64,000 nt of DNA. Origin: the human T2T-CHM13v2.0 reference genome, Homo sapiens. The DNA is taken from NCBI RefSeq assembly GCF_009914755.1, contig NC_060926.1; one strand, given 5' to 3'. The notes below the pieces were generated by a model. The model had not been told where the DNA came from. It did no database searches and saw only the letters and a list, made by a program, of their open reading frames with translations. Positions 13,421 through 26,185 of the stretch are shown in pieces (position 1 is the first letter of the stretch; every line of letters starts with the position of its first letter). The position numbers and the translations under genes are program-made.

Positions 13421-15899
13421 GTCATTTTTATTGTTTGCTTGCTTTGTGTTTGTTATTTGATTTGTGAGATGTATTAAGGCATACTTGCATGCCCAAATAA
13501 ATAACCTAGTAGAAAAAGAACACTCATGATAGAAGGGGTAACTCAGGAAGGGAAGAATGGGCAGGAGGGTTGAGATAAGCCATCAATGTGGCTAGGCTGG
13601 CCCTTCCTGCTAGAATGAGCACTTGGCTTGGCTCTCTGCACTGGAAAGAAGGTAGTCTATGCGCTCAGATGCAGGCACAGAGAGAGGTGGCTTTGTGGAT
13701 GGGTAGATGAGGTAGTTCTAGTCTGTTTCTGTTATGTTCTAAAAATATGAGGAAGTCATCAGCTAAGTGTGGGGGTGAGGAAGAAATATTGGAGATGTGA
13801 AGAGAGAAGATTGCATGAAATCATCTTGGAGAGTGGGAGAGTGAATTTTCCTAGGAAAGCATCACTGGGTGGTTTTAAAAATCTGAACAATACATTTGAG
13901 TCTCAATGTACTCCTCTTTCCAGCTTCATGATGTTGGAAAAAGCAGCTTAAATACTTTAAACTTGCTTTCCCATCAGTACAATCATTGTGGGTTTTTGCA
14001 TAACATCTATGAGATGTTGGGTACCTTCATATACACTCTCCAATTTATTCTGTAAAATTGGGATAATGACACCTACTAGAAGAGAGATTATTTGCAAGAA
14101 CTAAATATCTATATGAAAGGCTTTGCAAACTGTAAAAAACAAGGCACTTAAAATATTTTCCTGCCGTTATTCTTATCCACAAATCCTAGCTCAAACTATT
14201 TAGTTCTTGATCGATTTTTAGAATCCCTTCTAGTTTGATTCCTATATCTGAAGTTTGGAAATTGAGCTTGTGTTTCTCTAAAGGAAAAACAAGATGTTTA
14301 ACACAGAAAAAGATTTTTTTTTCTTTTAAAGTGTTCTTAACATTCCTCGGATTCTGGCATTTTCTTGAAATAAAATTAGGTATGTGTTTTGAAATGTCAA
14401 GTTTTCAAATAAACTCCTACAAACCCGCTGCGAAGTTGCTCCCTTTGCTTTGCTACCTTCTGCATATACACCTTCAGTTTCCTCCAGGTGTCCCAGCTCC
14501 AGCCCCACATTCCTGTGCCAAGAATCACAATGACCCGTACATTTCCACATCACCTTTCTTGCAAGAAGTTTAACACATTTGGCGAACATTATTGCTGGAG
14601 TAATAATAGTTCCTCAGGTTTGTAGAGCTCCAGCTTTCCCTGGAGCTTACAATCTGCATGCATATTACCTGATTTAGTCTCCCATCACCGTCTTGGAGCA
14701 AACATTAGTATTAGACTTGCAGACGGGAAAACCGAGGTCTTGAAAGTTTACAGGCCCAGCTATATCATTTGCTTTTTATGTCCTTCTTCCTAACTTTCCA
14801 GCTTCTAGTAGTCTTTTGAGGCCCATTGCAGCCTGTCTGCACCATGAAACCTTTCCTGTTAACCGCAGTAATAATTGATTCTGCTCCCAAACTACTTACA
14901 TCATTGTGCTTACAGACAGCCCCATACACTCTGGTACTGCAGTCCAGTGGGAGGTAATGTGGTACTGTAGCTTGGAAAGAAGACACATCAGAACAAAACT
15001 TGAACTACAAGTAAACTCTGCCATATGCTAGCTGTTATTTAAAATCTCTGAACCTCTATTTCTTTACTAGCAAAAATTGCAAGGCTATTATGAAGGAGAA
15101 GGCTGATTTATGCAAAGTGCCTTACTAGCAGAGTTCCTACCATGATTGGCACTCCATGAATCATAACTCTCGGGTTACAGCAAAAGTGTATTTTATCATT
15201 TACTAATTGTTTCACATGAATATACTTTTTACTCTTTAATAATAATAAAGTCCTGCAGGAAACAACCAATATCATATTATGGAATGGAATTCTTAGGTTT
15301 TGCTTCTCTTCATGCAATTTTAATCAATGCAGCCAAGTTACACATTTTTCTCTAAATAATTCTTTAGTTTTGCCGTGGAGTTTTTCACATTTCATTCATC
15401 TTTAAATGTATTGTCATTTCTTTTATTTCTCTTATTATTGCCCCATTAATCCGTGGTTTAATATCTGTGTGTTATTGAGTTTGCAGATGTATAATTTTAA
15501 ACATGCATTATTATATTATATATTTTAATTGGATTAGATTGTAGTCAAACCTGTATGTCCCTATGTGGTTATCTCTTTGAAAGTTAAAGAGGTCTCTCTT
15601 GTGACATAATGAAGGTCAGATTTTTATAAATACTCCAAGTGTGCTGCAGAAGCGTGAGGATCCTTGGCTATGTCCAGTTCACACGGTCACATTGCACAAC
15701 ATTTTTCCTATGCATAAAATGTATCACTTTGCCTTTCTTCTCTTTCCCATATGGAAAAATATATACATTTATATGTTATTGTAGTAGGAAATTTGGAATT
15801 TCACCTGAGTTTCTTTAGAGAGGTTTTTTAAAAAAGCTCCTATGTAGGATAGAGCATAGAGAAAGGAGGTGTATTTTGGACATAAAGAAAGGGGAAGAT

Positions 15900-16080
15900 G
15901 CTTATCAAGTAACTATTGTATACATGGTTCTTTAGATATGCTCCATTTTAACTCCCATTTGGAAAAGGCACATTACCTTCATTTTAAAGATAAGGAAACT
16001 GAGACTTAGAAAAAGTAAGTTAGATTTTTGAAGCCATAAATCTATTTAATTAGAACACTGAAATTTCAATCCAAGTTCAT
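15900..16080 (-). mobile_element. MIR SINE
   Basis: MIR core 'cattttaaagataaggaaactgagacttagaaaaagtaagt'. Confidence 0.65.
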
Positions 16081-18208
16081 CAGAGTTCAAAATCTGTATC
16101 CTTCCTCTGAGGAAGAAGAAAAATAACTAAGTAGGCAAACGTGAAATAAACTGTGGATTTCTTGTCCCTCCGCTTTGTTCTTCCTCTGTTATCTGATTTC
16201 CCCAGCGTTCTAACCCGCAAAGTGAAAAGGGCCAGGGATGATCTCAGAGACAGGTGCCAAGCCCTTTCTTTTGTGATCACCACGCTGTGCCTACCTTTCC
16301 CATCCACAATTCCACTCCTGACAAGTGAGAGTGCAGACAGGTTGAACAATCCAGAAGAAGACAGAGATGCCATATGGACTCAAAGGTGAGACAGGAGCCT
16401 CACTGGCTTGTGTATTCCCACAGCAGCAGCAGGCACTTAGCAAGTGATGGGAGGTCACTTTGCAAATGGCAGGCACCCAACCCTTGAGCAAGAGGTCCTC
16501 TACCATACCTCAGTTTTTGTCATAAAAGACATTTCATTTGAACATGAATTAAAGGTACGAATTTGGTTTGTATGTGGATGAGGAAAGTTTAACATGAAAA
16601 TCAGAAAGAAAAAAAGACATTGGTGGGTAAGGATGATGGTTGTGTTTGTTTTTACGGCAGGCATTAATGGGAGAGAAAACGTATCATTATTATGAACATA
16701 ATCTAATAGTGAATATGTGCCTATTATTCACTGTGCCATCCACCCTGCTAAGAATTTTGCATGCATCATTTCTCTTTACCCCACTTCAATCTTATGAGAT
16801 ATACATGCCTATTATCTCTGGCACCCATGACCAAACTAAGTCCCCTGCTCCTCCCACTTATCACAATTGTGCAATATAAGAATTTAAGTAGTTTAATCTG
16901 CAATTAATAACTACCTCCCCCATAAGACTATATTCTGTGGGGGCAAGATCCATATCTTCCTTTTTTATAACTCTATCTTCAATGCCTTGCACAATGCTTG
17001 CTGCATAAGTAGGCACAGAAACATATTTTTTGGATAAATGAATCTGCTTTTACAGATGTTTAAGTAGTAAGTAAGTGGCAGAATCAGTATATAATTCCAG
17101 ACTTGCCTGAGCCTCTTAAGTGCTGCAATAAATAAATGTTCACTTCCTTCTTGGGCAAAAATAATCATATATATTCTTAGAGGCAAGAAAACTGTCCCAT
17201 CCCCAAGAAGTGCCCCCTGAGTACTCTATCCCTGGAGGGGTTCACATTATCCTACCAATGTCCACTTCCTTTTTTATCGTGTTCTGAGATAATACATTCA
17301 TTCTTTTTTTGTTTGTTTGTTTGTTTTCTGCCGTTTGGCTATGGATTCCTTCAAAGTACATCATTCACTATGTATCTCCATAATGTTGAGCACGTAGACA
17401 ACATCGATGTTTGTTGAATGAATTAATGAGTGAGTGAGTAAGTGAACTGCCCAGGCTCAGTGCACCAAGAGATGTACAGTCAGTTAACCTTGTTCATTGA
17501 GCTGCATTTCCTGTGGAGTGATGGGGGGTACTTCACTGTCCTTCTCTTTCACATGGTCTACTGGAACCAAATGCCTGCCTTTGTATGATAGCTGCTCAGA
17601 ATCACCTAAGGCTGAAGAAACAATGTTGTTTGAATTTCTTTTCCATTGTGTGAAGGTCATTGGCCAGTAAAGAGATACTATTCATGCCCTTAAGAAGCTT
17701 GCAATACAGGTTTCCTATAAATGAGGTACTAACCTTGTTTGAAACTCAGAATCACAGACTCTACATTATAAGTAACCTTGGCAATAGTTTAATCTAGTTC
17801 TCACCCTTGGCCAGAATCCCCTTTCCTGTAACATACCTGCAGAGACTTGAAAATATGCAGGGATAGTGATGTTGCTACCTCATCAAGCAGTCTCTTCCAT
17901 AGTTGAACGGCATTTCTGCCAAGAAATGTTTTAATTGTTTTGAGCTAAATCTTTCTTACAATAACTTCATCCAATTTGCTGTAGTTTACAGCTGTACAAA
18001 AGAAGTTGCAGCCTTCTTCAATAACTATCTGATGGTAATTCTGACCTTCCCTTTCACCTTTTCCCCCTACACACTTTGACAGTCTATTTCCATATGGCAC
18101 ACCTCAGTGCCTTCAGTGTTCCTCTTGTGATTATTTCAAATGTCTCCCCAGTTTTGTTCACTTTTCTGATCATGCTCTGTAGGTTCTCCCCAAAAATTGC
18201 CACTCCTC

Positions 18209-18576
18209 TGCAATGGAGTGGATGTTCGTGTCCCCCCAGAATTTTTATGTTGAAACCCTAATCCCAATGTGATTGTATTTAGAGGTGGAACCTTTGAAAG
18301 GAAGGTCATTAAGTCATAAGAGTGGAGCCCTAATCATGGGATTAATGCTCTTATAATCAGAAGCCAGAGGGCTAACTTGCTTTTTTCTTACCATGTGAGG
18401 ATAGAGCAAGAAGATGGTTATCTCTAAATGGTGAAGAGGACCCTTACAAAGAACCCCACCATATTGGCACCCTGATCTCAGATTGCCAATGTCCAAAACT
18501 ATGGGAAATAAATGTGTATTGTTATGTTTAAGCAACCTAATTTATGGTATTTGGTTATAGCAATCAGAGGTAAGAA
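18209..18576 (+). mobile_element. MLT1A/MSTD (ERVL-MaLR) LTR
   Basis: 'tgtccccccagaatttttatgttgaaaccctaatcccaatgtgat' ... 'tttatggtatttggttatagca'. Confidence 0.8.
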
Positions 18577-18773
18577 CCCCTGCCTCCCACTAAACCCTAG
18601 TTGTGGCCTGATAAAGATGAGTACAGAGTCCGACTAGAATGTCATCTTTTCTGCTGGGGATAGCAAAGCCATGCTTAGGCTATTTTGGCTAAGATGCCCC
18701 ACCAATAATTTTCTTCAAATCTATTATTTCTATTTCTGTTTTTTGTCTCTGAGCTTATACTCTGAGATCAAAG

Positions 18774-19234
18774 TTTCATGCGCGTCCATGTGAAGAGACT
18801 ACCAAACAGGCTTTGTGTGAGCAATAAAGCTGTTTATTTCACCTGGGTGTAGGTGGGCTGAATCCGAAAAGAGAGTCAGCGAAGGGAGATGGATTATCAT
18901 TAGTTCTTATAGGTTTTGGGTTAGGCGGTGAAGTTAAGAGCAATGTTTTGCGGGCAGGGTGGATCTCACAAAGTACATTCTCAAGGGTGGGGAGAATTAC
19001 AAAGAACCTTCTTAAGGGTGGGGGAGATTACAAAGTACCTTCTTAAGGGTGGGGGAGATTACAAAGTACATTGATCAGTTAGGGTGGGGCAGGAACAAAT
19101 CACAATGGTGGAATGTCATCAGTTAAGGCTATTTTTACTTCTTTTGTGGATCTTCAGTTACTTCAGGCCATCTGGATGTATACGTGCAAGTCACAGGGGA
19201 TGCGATGGCTTGGCTTGGGCTCAGAGGCCTGACA
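18774..19234 (-). mobile_element. LTR7-family (HERV-H) solo LTR, LTR7Y/LTR7B type
   Basis: Reverse strand begins TGTCAGGCCTCTGAGCCCAAGCCAAGCCATCGCATCCCC and ends GGACGCGCATGAAA. Internal tandem 'GTACTTTGTAATCTCCCCCACCCTTAAGAAG' repeats. Perfect 5-bp TSD CAAAG at 18769-18773 and 19235-19239. Confidence 0.93.
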
Positions 19235-20096
19235 CAAAGCAAGTAGAATGAGGACCAATTTCAAGCTCCTTCCACAGCCCTCCTATCTTAGCCACAGTGT
19301 CCTGAAAAATACACTCTGAGTCCAAAGCTTTTGCTGGGGAATGCAATCCTAGAGAATCAGGAGTGAGGGAAAATGGGATGGAGACAGGAAAACAGGGAAA
19401 GTCATTCTAAAGGGGTGACATTTCAAACTAGCCACCTCTCCTCATAGGCTTCAGAGTGGCCTTAGGAAGAGATTACACTTTATAACAGTGTGTCTAGAGG
19501 ATGAAAAGAAAAGAATTTGTCCTCCAACTCTGTCATTGATACGTTAACTCCCCATGCTTTCAGATGAACATTTGTGAGCACAGACTACCTCCTAAAGGCA
19601 TCATGTCTCAGGGGCAGGACTCCAGAGATGTGAGGCTTAGGCATGAGCCAAGGTGCTGTCAGATGGTGGCTAGGCCAGCTGAAGCCTGGGGGAGCAGTGG
19701 CTTCAGAGGGACTCCTGGTCTGCAGTGGCAGCAGTCATTGAAGCTACCACCAGAACCCTGTGTTGCAAAGCACTGCTGATGCCACTCCAGAAAGGCAAGC
19801 ATGCGGTTCTGCAGGGATCTCTGAGTGCAGCCCATCTCACCTCCTGCGGGCTCTAGCCTTCCCATATTTAGCAAAAGCCTTGGCTTTTAAGAAGCTTAGG
19901 GAGCCAGCCTTAACTTATGCATCAATTCCCTGGGAAGGCATTTTCTGAACCTTCATTCTAGGCCCAGTGCCAGGGTTATACACTCTCAGAGCATTTATAT
20001 GTTCCCGCTCCTTGTCTTTCATAATCGTGCGTTCACTTGTGTGAATATTTGCTAATGTCCATCCCTGGTCTGACTTCAAGCACCAAGCACGGGGCC

Positions 20097-20307
20097 TTTT
20101 TTTTCTTTTCTTTTCTTTTGTTTTTGAGATGGAGTCTTGCTCTGTCGCCCGGAGTGAGACTCCACTGGCTTCAATCTCCGCCTTCCGGATTCAAGTGATT
20201 CTCCTGCCTCTGCCTCCCGAGTAGCTGGGATTGTGGGTGCCCATTGTCATGCCCGGCTAATTTTTGTATTTTTAGGAGAGGCAACGTTTCACCATGTTGA
20301 CCAGGCT
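20097..20307 (-). mobile_element. 5'-truncated, internally rearranged AluS
   Basis: T-rich tail, right arm and linker present; stops at 'ccaggctg'. Flanked by gcacgggg(t)cc direct repeats. Confidence 0.85.
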
Positions 20308-21097
20308 GCACGGGGTCCATTTTTGTGCTCACCGTTATTCCTACAGCCTCACAGAATCCTGGACACAAAGAAAGACTTAACAGGGTTCATTCATTCCTGA
20401 ACCAAAGCGGCTGAACGATGTCAACAGGACCAGAGAGGCTACAGGAACGCCATATTTTCTTCTACATCTCTTTTTTTAAAAATCTTATTTCAATGGAGTC
20501 AAACTCAATAAGGTGAATTAAAGGAAAAAGAGCTGACCCAAACAAACAAGCAAACAGAAACCTTTTCTGTCCTGTAATGTTTAGGCGCAGATAAGAAGTG
20601 CAAATAGAGAGTTTAAAAAGCTAATAAAGTGTTTTGTTTGAAAAAAAATATGTGTTGCTACAACTTGGAGAAAAGACTGTCTGCTGCAAATATTAATATA
20701 ATTCACTGTCCTTTTTTCCAAATTCTACTCGAAATAAAATATTCAGTTTTTTTAAATGATTGTCAGTAATAAGAATGTAATGCTTAGTGTCTGTGACATT
20801 CTTTTGACATTTTTCATGTAGTTCCTGCTATAGCTAGTTAGCCCATAGGTTTTGTCCCTTGCCTTCTAAAATATGTTTTTCCCTTTTGTTTTTCACAGTT
20901 AGACCAGTTTTATTTTTGTCAGACAAAAAAATTCATCTATGTTTAACAAATGAGTTAATTATTCACATAGTGGAGATTCTGGTCTCAATTGCTTTGATAC
21001 AATAAACAAGGCATGTCTGCCTTCCACAAGTAGTAGAGATGCAAGTAAATAAAAGAAGAATCTGCACACCTTTTTAAAAAATAATAATAATAATTTA

Positions 21098-21405
21098 GGC
21101 TGGGTGCAGTGGCTCATGCCTGTAATCCTAGCACTTAGGGAGGCTTAGTGGGAGGATTGCTTTAGGCTAGAAGATTGAGACAGTCTTGGCAATATAGCAA
21201 GACCCTGTCTCTACAAAAGAATATGAAAATTAGCTGGATGTGGTTGTACCTGCCTCTTGTCCCAGCTACTTGGGAGGCTGAAGCTGGAGGTTCTCTTGAG
21301 CCTGAGAGGTCAAGGCTGCAGCGAGCCACGATTGTACCTCTGCAATCCAGCCTGGGCAACAGGAGACCACATCTCCAAAATAATAATAGTAATAATAGTA
21401 ATAAC
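21098..21405 (+). mobile_element. AluJ with (AAT)n tail
   Basis: J-type 'ggaggattgctt' and 'gaggtcaaggctgcag'; 15-bp TSD aataataataattta at 21083-21097 and 21406-21420. Confidence 0.92.
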
Positions 21406-22439
21406 AATAATAATAATTTAAACAGCAACAACAACAGAAACTTGGGATGTTTGTCAGCTCAGAGTCTCTTTCAGCTAAAAAATCTGAAGTATGAGTGTCC
21501 CCAAAGCACGATCAATGATAACAAAAGGGAGATGAGCATGAATCAATCTTTCCATTGATGATCAAAGGGCTAGACCCTCTCCCTGGCTCTAGATAATCCA
21601 ACAGCTGACAGTCAACTCCTAGATCTTTCTCTGCCTTCCTTTTTAAATTTTTCTTTGTGATTTTGATTTCTCATCTGCATCTTCCGATTAACTTCTCACC
21701 TGTCAACCAAATAGCTTAGCAGCTAATCCTGATGAGTGGCTTCTGACTCTAAATTTAGTTACATCTCTTCCATGATACAGAAAGGGTTACCTTCCAGCAC
21801 AGAATTATCTACTAAAAAGCCATGACAGCCCACCTGTCCCTGCTTCTTTCAGTGGGACGTCACTGGCTAGCCCCAATCTGATAAATATTATTATGAGAAA
21901 TAACACCACGAGGACAAAGTAAATAGAAACATACTGGAAGCATGTGTAGAGTACACAAAGCAGAGTGTAGTAGGGTGCAGTTAATCAAGTAGACTAAAAC
22001 ACCTGGGAAATACTTCTTTTTCTAGTAGCTGAGGCAAAAATGGCAACATGTCAGTTTGTACTAACAGAAAATGCCCATTTAGCTGTGCAGTAAATTCATT
22101 ATTTTTTTCTATAATTACACTCAAGGAAAAATTATTTGGCCAAACCCTTATACAAAAACACTGGGTGTTATAATGTACAATATTTTGAATAGTGGTTTTA
22201 TAGGTGGTGCATACACTGTGTGATACAATATATAAAAACCAGGCTCAACAATATTTTTGTACAACATTCAGGAAGAGGTACCTACTTTCCATAAAGGCAG
22301 AAGACTGGAATTGAGAAATTTCTATGAAAGTATTTCTGTAAGGGAGATAAAAAGTATTTGCGTTAGACATGGGTTCAGAGAACTGCTGGTTCCAGTATTA
22401 TTCTGCATGGTCCAGTTAGAAAAGTTAAATTCTGAAGCC

Positions 22440-22582
22440 AAACCAGCGGCGGTTTAAATCTGCTTCTGCATATCAACTAAGATGTGGCCTTGGACAAGTT
22501 GTTTGAACTCCATGGATCTATATCTTCATCTATGAGATGGGTATAATAAAATATACCTCACAGAGACTGTCTAGGAAATTAA
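22440..22582 (+). mobile_element. MIR SINE
   Basis: 'gtggccttggacaagtt...cttcatctatgagatgggtataataaaatatacctcacagag'. Confidence 0.65.
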
Positions 22583-23083
22583 CTAAAATAATATATTTCT
22601 CGTGTCCATTTTAAAAATACCTGTTACATAACAGATACACCATTTGTTAAGAAGAATGTATAAACAGTAGGATATTTTAGATCTTTGAGAAATTTTAGAT
22701 TTTAATATATTAAAGTATTTAGATATGCTAATTAGAATATAAAATTTAGAAAATTTAAAATGGAAAGAAGACACAATGTGATCACAAAAATGGGTGGACA
22801 TGATAAAGTCGTCTTTGTGATGTTTTGACCTGTTCATATCACTTTTTACCTGATGTAACTCAGGTAATAAAAAGAAGAAAGCAGCCGCCTCTCCTCATCG
22901 TCTTCTCTAAATTGCCACTTGCATTGGGCAAATGGCTATTTGTCAGTCCACCTCATTGCTTTTCTTTGCAGCCTCTGAGTCTTTTGTTTTAACTCTTGTG
23001 GAAGAAATAAAAAACAAAAAGGACCAGTGACAGTCTTGTGAATCCAGAGCACTTGCTGTTCTTACCGCAAAAAAAGAAAGGGA

Positions 23084-23574
<491 letters not shown>

Positions 23575-24097
23575 TTAAAGGACCAATTAGCATTTACTAT
23601 ACACCAAGATTGCTTACTGTGAAGAAATGTTAGCAGGAATGAAGAACTATAAAAGCTGATGAGGAAAAGGTCAAATAATCTAAGCAGGATTACTCTGGTA
23701 TATGCTCAACAACTGCCCATGATGATGGAAAGAAATAGCTTTGATTGCCTTTAAAAGGAAAACTGTTAAAAGATTACTAATCTTTTAAACCAGTTGTCTT
23801 TACAAATCTCTAGGAGTAGGTCAGTTAAATGAAATCTCTAAATACTCCGAAAGTAAGTTGACAAAACCAAAATCTCTTGAATGGAGACAGAGCTATAATG
23901 TATTGTGGCAGCTTCATTGGGAATTAAGACTGAGATTATATCACAAAGAAGTAAAGCCATATTGAAATTTATTCATACACCCTGTCATCTCTCTCAGAAA
24001 CCCTAGCTCCTGCTCTGAATAATTTGTTCAGATATGCTTCTTAAGTATGACATTTGAATAAATCTGGTTTTTGATTTGCATTTTGTTTTTCTTTGCC

Positions 24098-24215
24098 AAA
24101 AAAAAAAAAAAAAAAAAAAAGGAAAAGAAGGAGGGGAGGAAAAAAAAAAGAAAGGAAGGGAAGGAGAATGAAAAAAAGAGGAGAACAAAACCAAAACCAA
24201 AAACACAAAAACAAG
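24098..24215. repeat. Poly(A)/GA-rich low-complexity tract
   Basis: A23 run followed by purine-rich and CAAAA repeats. Confidence 0.85.
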
Positions 24216-25498
24216 CTTTGGTCAGTTTGCTTTGGCTATATGGTTCTCAGGTTAATTAAGGAATTATAAAGAAGCACCTTTGGTTTAACACTCATCAAAA
24301 CTCTTCCTTAAATATATTCAGGCATGTACAGACAATGAAGTCTGATGTGGACCAATCCCAGGACAATTCTCAAAGTTGTTTAGCTTTTTAGGTTACTGTG
24401 TAAACAATTTTTAACTCTTATTTTATTTTATTTTTTGTTTTGTTGTCTTTGCAATCCCAAAATTTTCTGTTAGTTTCCTTATCATGTAATCTAAAAAGAA
24501 GAATGGGAGAACCTCTTTAAGTGAGCACAGTTTTATTAGATTTGAATCCCTGCCAATTTACCACTGTAGATTGTAGAGTCATATGTGGAGGCTATGTGTA
24601 ATGTGGCATGCGGCATCCTCAGATATCAAACTTCTCTTTAATTTCCAAGTGACAATTAGCCAACCCACCGTTTCCCATGACTTCTCTGACTCCTAAATAT
24701 TTTTGAGAGTCCCCAGTGATTGCTCATGTGCTCTTCAAATTCACCTTGGTTGCTGCTCTTCATCTCAGCTGGGACTCCTGCCCTTTTTGCAGTATCAGAA
24801 TAGACTTCTCCAGTCTGCTTTCATAATTCTCCAAAGGCTAGGTAAGACTTAACTGTAAGGCTTGGAGACAAGCAGAAGGTTTGCAGATAGGTCAAAGCAA
24901 ATTACACACAGAAAGCTTTATACTGATTATTATGTGTTAAAGATGCTAGACCTATGCATGGGGTTCAGCCCCTAATGCCAGGCAACCCTGCTGGACTTCT
25001 CTGCTTCACCCATAGTATGACACTTCGTTGTATGGATTCACTCAGCTGTCCTCACAGGGTGCTTTAGACCAGATCTCCTGCACCCCAAAACCATGGGTGC
25101 ATACAAACTTACTGTAGGGGGCTAAGTAAAGCGGGGCAGGATGTAGTTCTGCCCAGCCCAGGCTCAGGCTTTCTCTGGGACATCTCATTGTGTCAGGCTG
25201 CACCTCACCTGAACAGGGATATGGTTTTACTTTGGTAAACCAAGGGGCACATTGAAGTTTTGTGATTTATTTTCTGCAAAGTAAATTGCAATTCTTCTCT
25301 ATATACGAATGAACAACACTGTCAGCTTTAAGCTAGCGGTTTATCCTGGCTTCTAGTCACCAATATTTTAAAATGTTTTGGGTAAGTTAGAGAACCCAGT
25401 TACATTTTATATAAAATATCAGTCATCGTTTACACATTTCTAATATTTAACTGTTATAGCTATTATATGTTTTCTGTAGCCATTAATAAAAGGTGAAT

Positions 25499-25826
25499 AA
25501 GCTGGGCACGGTGGCTCGCAGTTGTAATCCCAGCACTTTGGGAGGCCAAGGCAGGCAGAACACCTGAGGTCAGGAGTTCAAGACTAGCCTGGCCAGCATG
25601 GTAAAACCCCATCTCTACTAAAAATACAAAAATTAGCTGGGCGTGGTGGCTCACAACTGTAATCCCAGCTACTCAGGAGGCTGAGGCATGAGAATCGCTT
25701 GAACCCAGGAAGCAGAACTTTCAGATAGCTGAGATGGTGCCACTGCACTCCAGCCTGGGTGACAGAGTGAGACTCTGTCTCAAAAAAAAAAAAAAAAGAA
25801 AAGAAAAAAGGTAATAAATAAATAGA
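25499..25826 (+). mobile_element. AluSx-like, full length
   Basis: Dimeric Alu with A tail; TSD aaaaggtgaat at 25488-25498 and 25827-25837. Confidence 0.95.
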
Positions 25827-26039
25827 AAAAGGTGAATGCAGAGCATGAAAAGAGGAGAGACAGGAATGAATGAATGAGACATCCCTGGACATCCCTGGAC
25901 AAGCACTACAAACAATTTCTGACAGAGAATGGCTTAGACTTCCATGGACAATTCAACCCCAAATGGCATATTAACAAGAAGGAGAAGTTATATATTGAAC
26001 ACTCAATGAGGATTTGCTATATTCAGGGACCCACAAGTA

Positions 26040-26185
26040 ATTGACATATGCTTTGCCTTTCATTCTTTTAACAGCTCTCTTATAAACCCAGTGTTGTCAT
26101 TCCCATTTCACAGAGGAAGAAACTAAGGCTTAGAGGTAGAGTAGCTTGCCCAAGTCTCATTGTGGTGGAGACAATATTGCAGCCC
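26040..26185 (-). mobile_element. MIR SINE
   Basis: 'cccatttcacagaggaagaaactaaggcttagag...cttgcccaag'. Confidence 0.65.

Noticed and set aside
18975-19070. ~32-bp repeats that look like an array (also the 26-bp repeats at 62989-63134)
   Set aside because: They are internal LTR7 U3 repeats and a minisatellite: no unique spacers, no cas genes, eukaryotic DNA. Not CRISPR.
22840-22870. Possible recursive splice site (cag|gtaata)
   Set aside because: Weak pyrimidine tract; such motifs are expected by chance in 49 kb of intron.
24003-24259. Lys/Glu-rich and Phe-rich ORFs (also 51247-51563)
   Set aside because: Translations of simple repeats.
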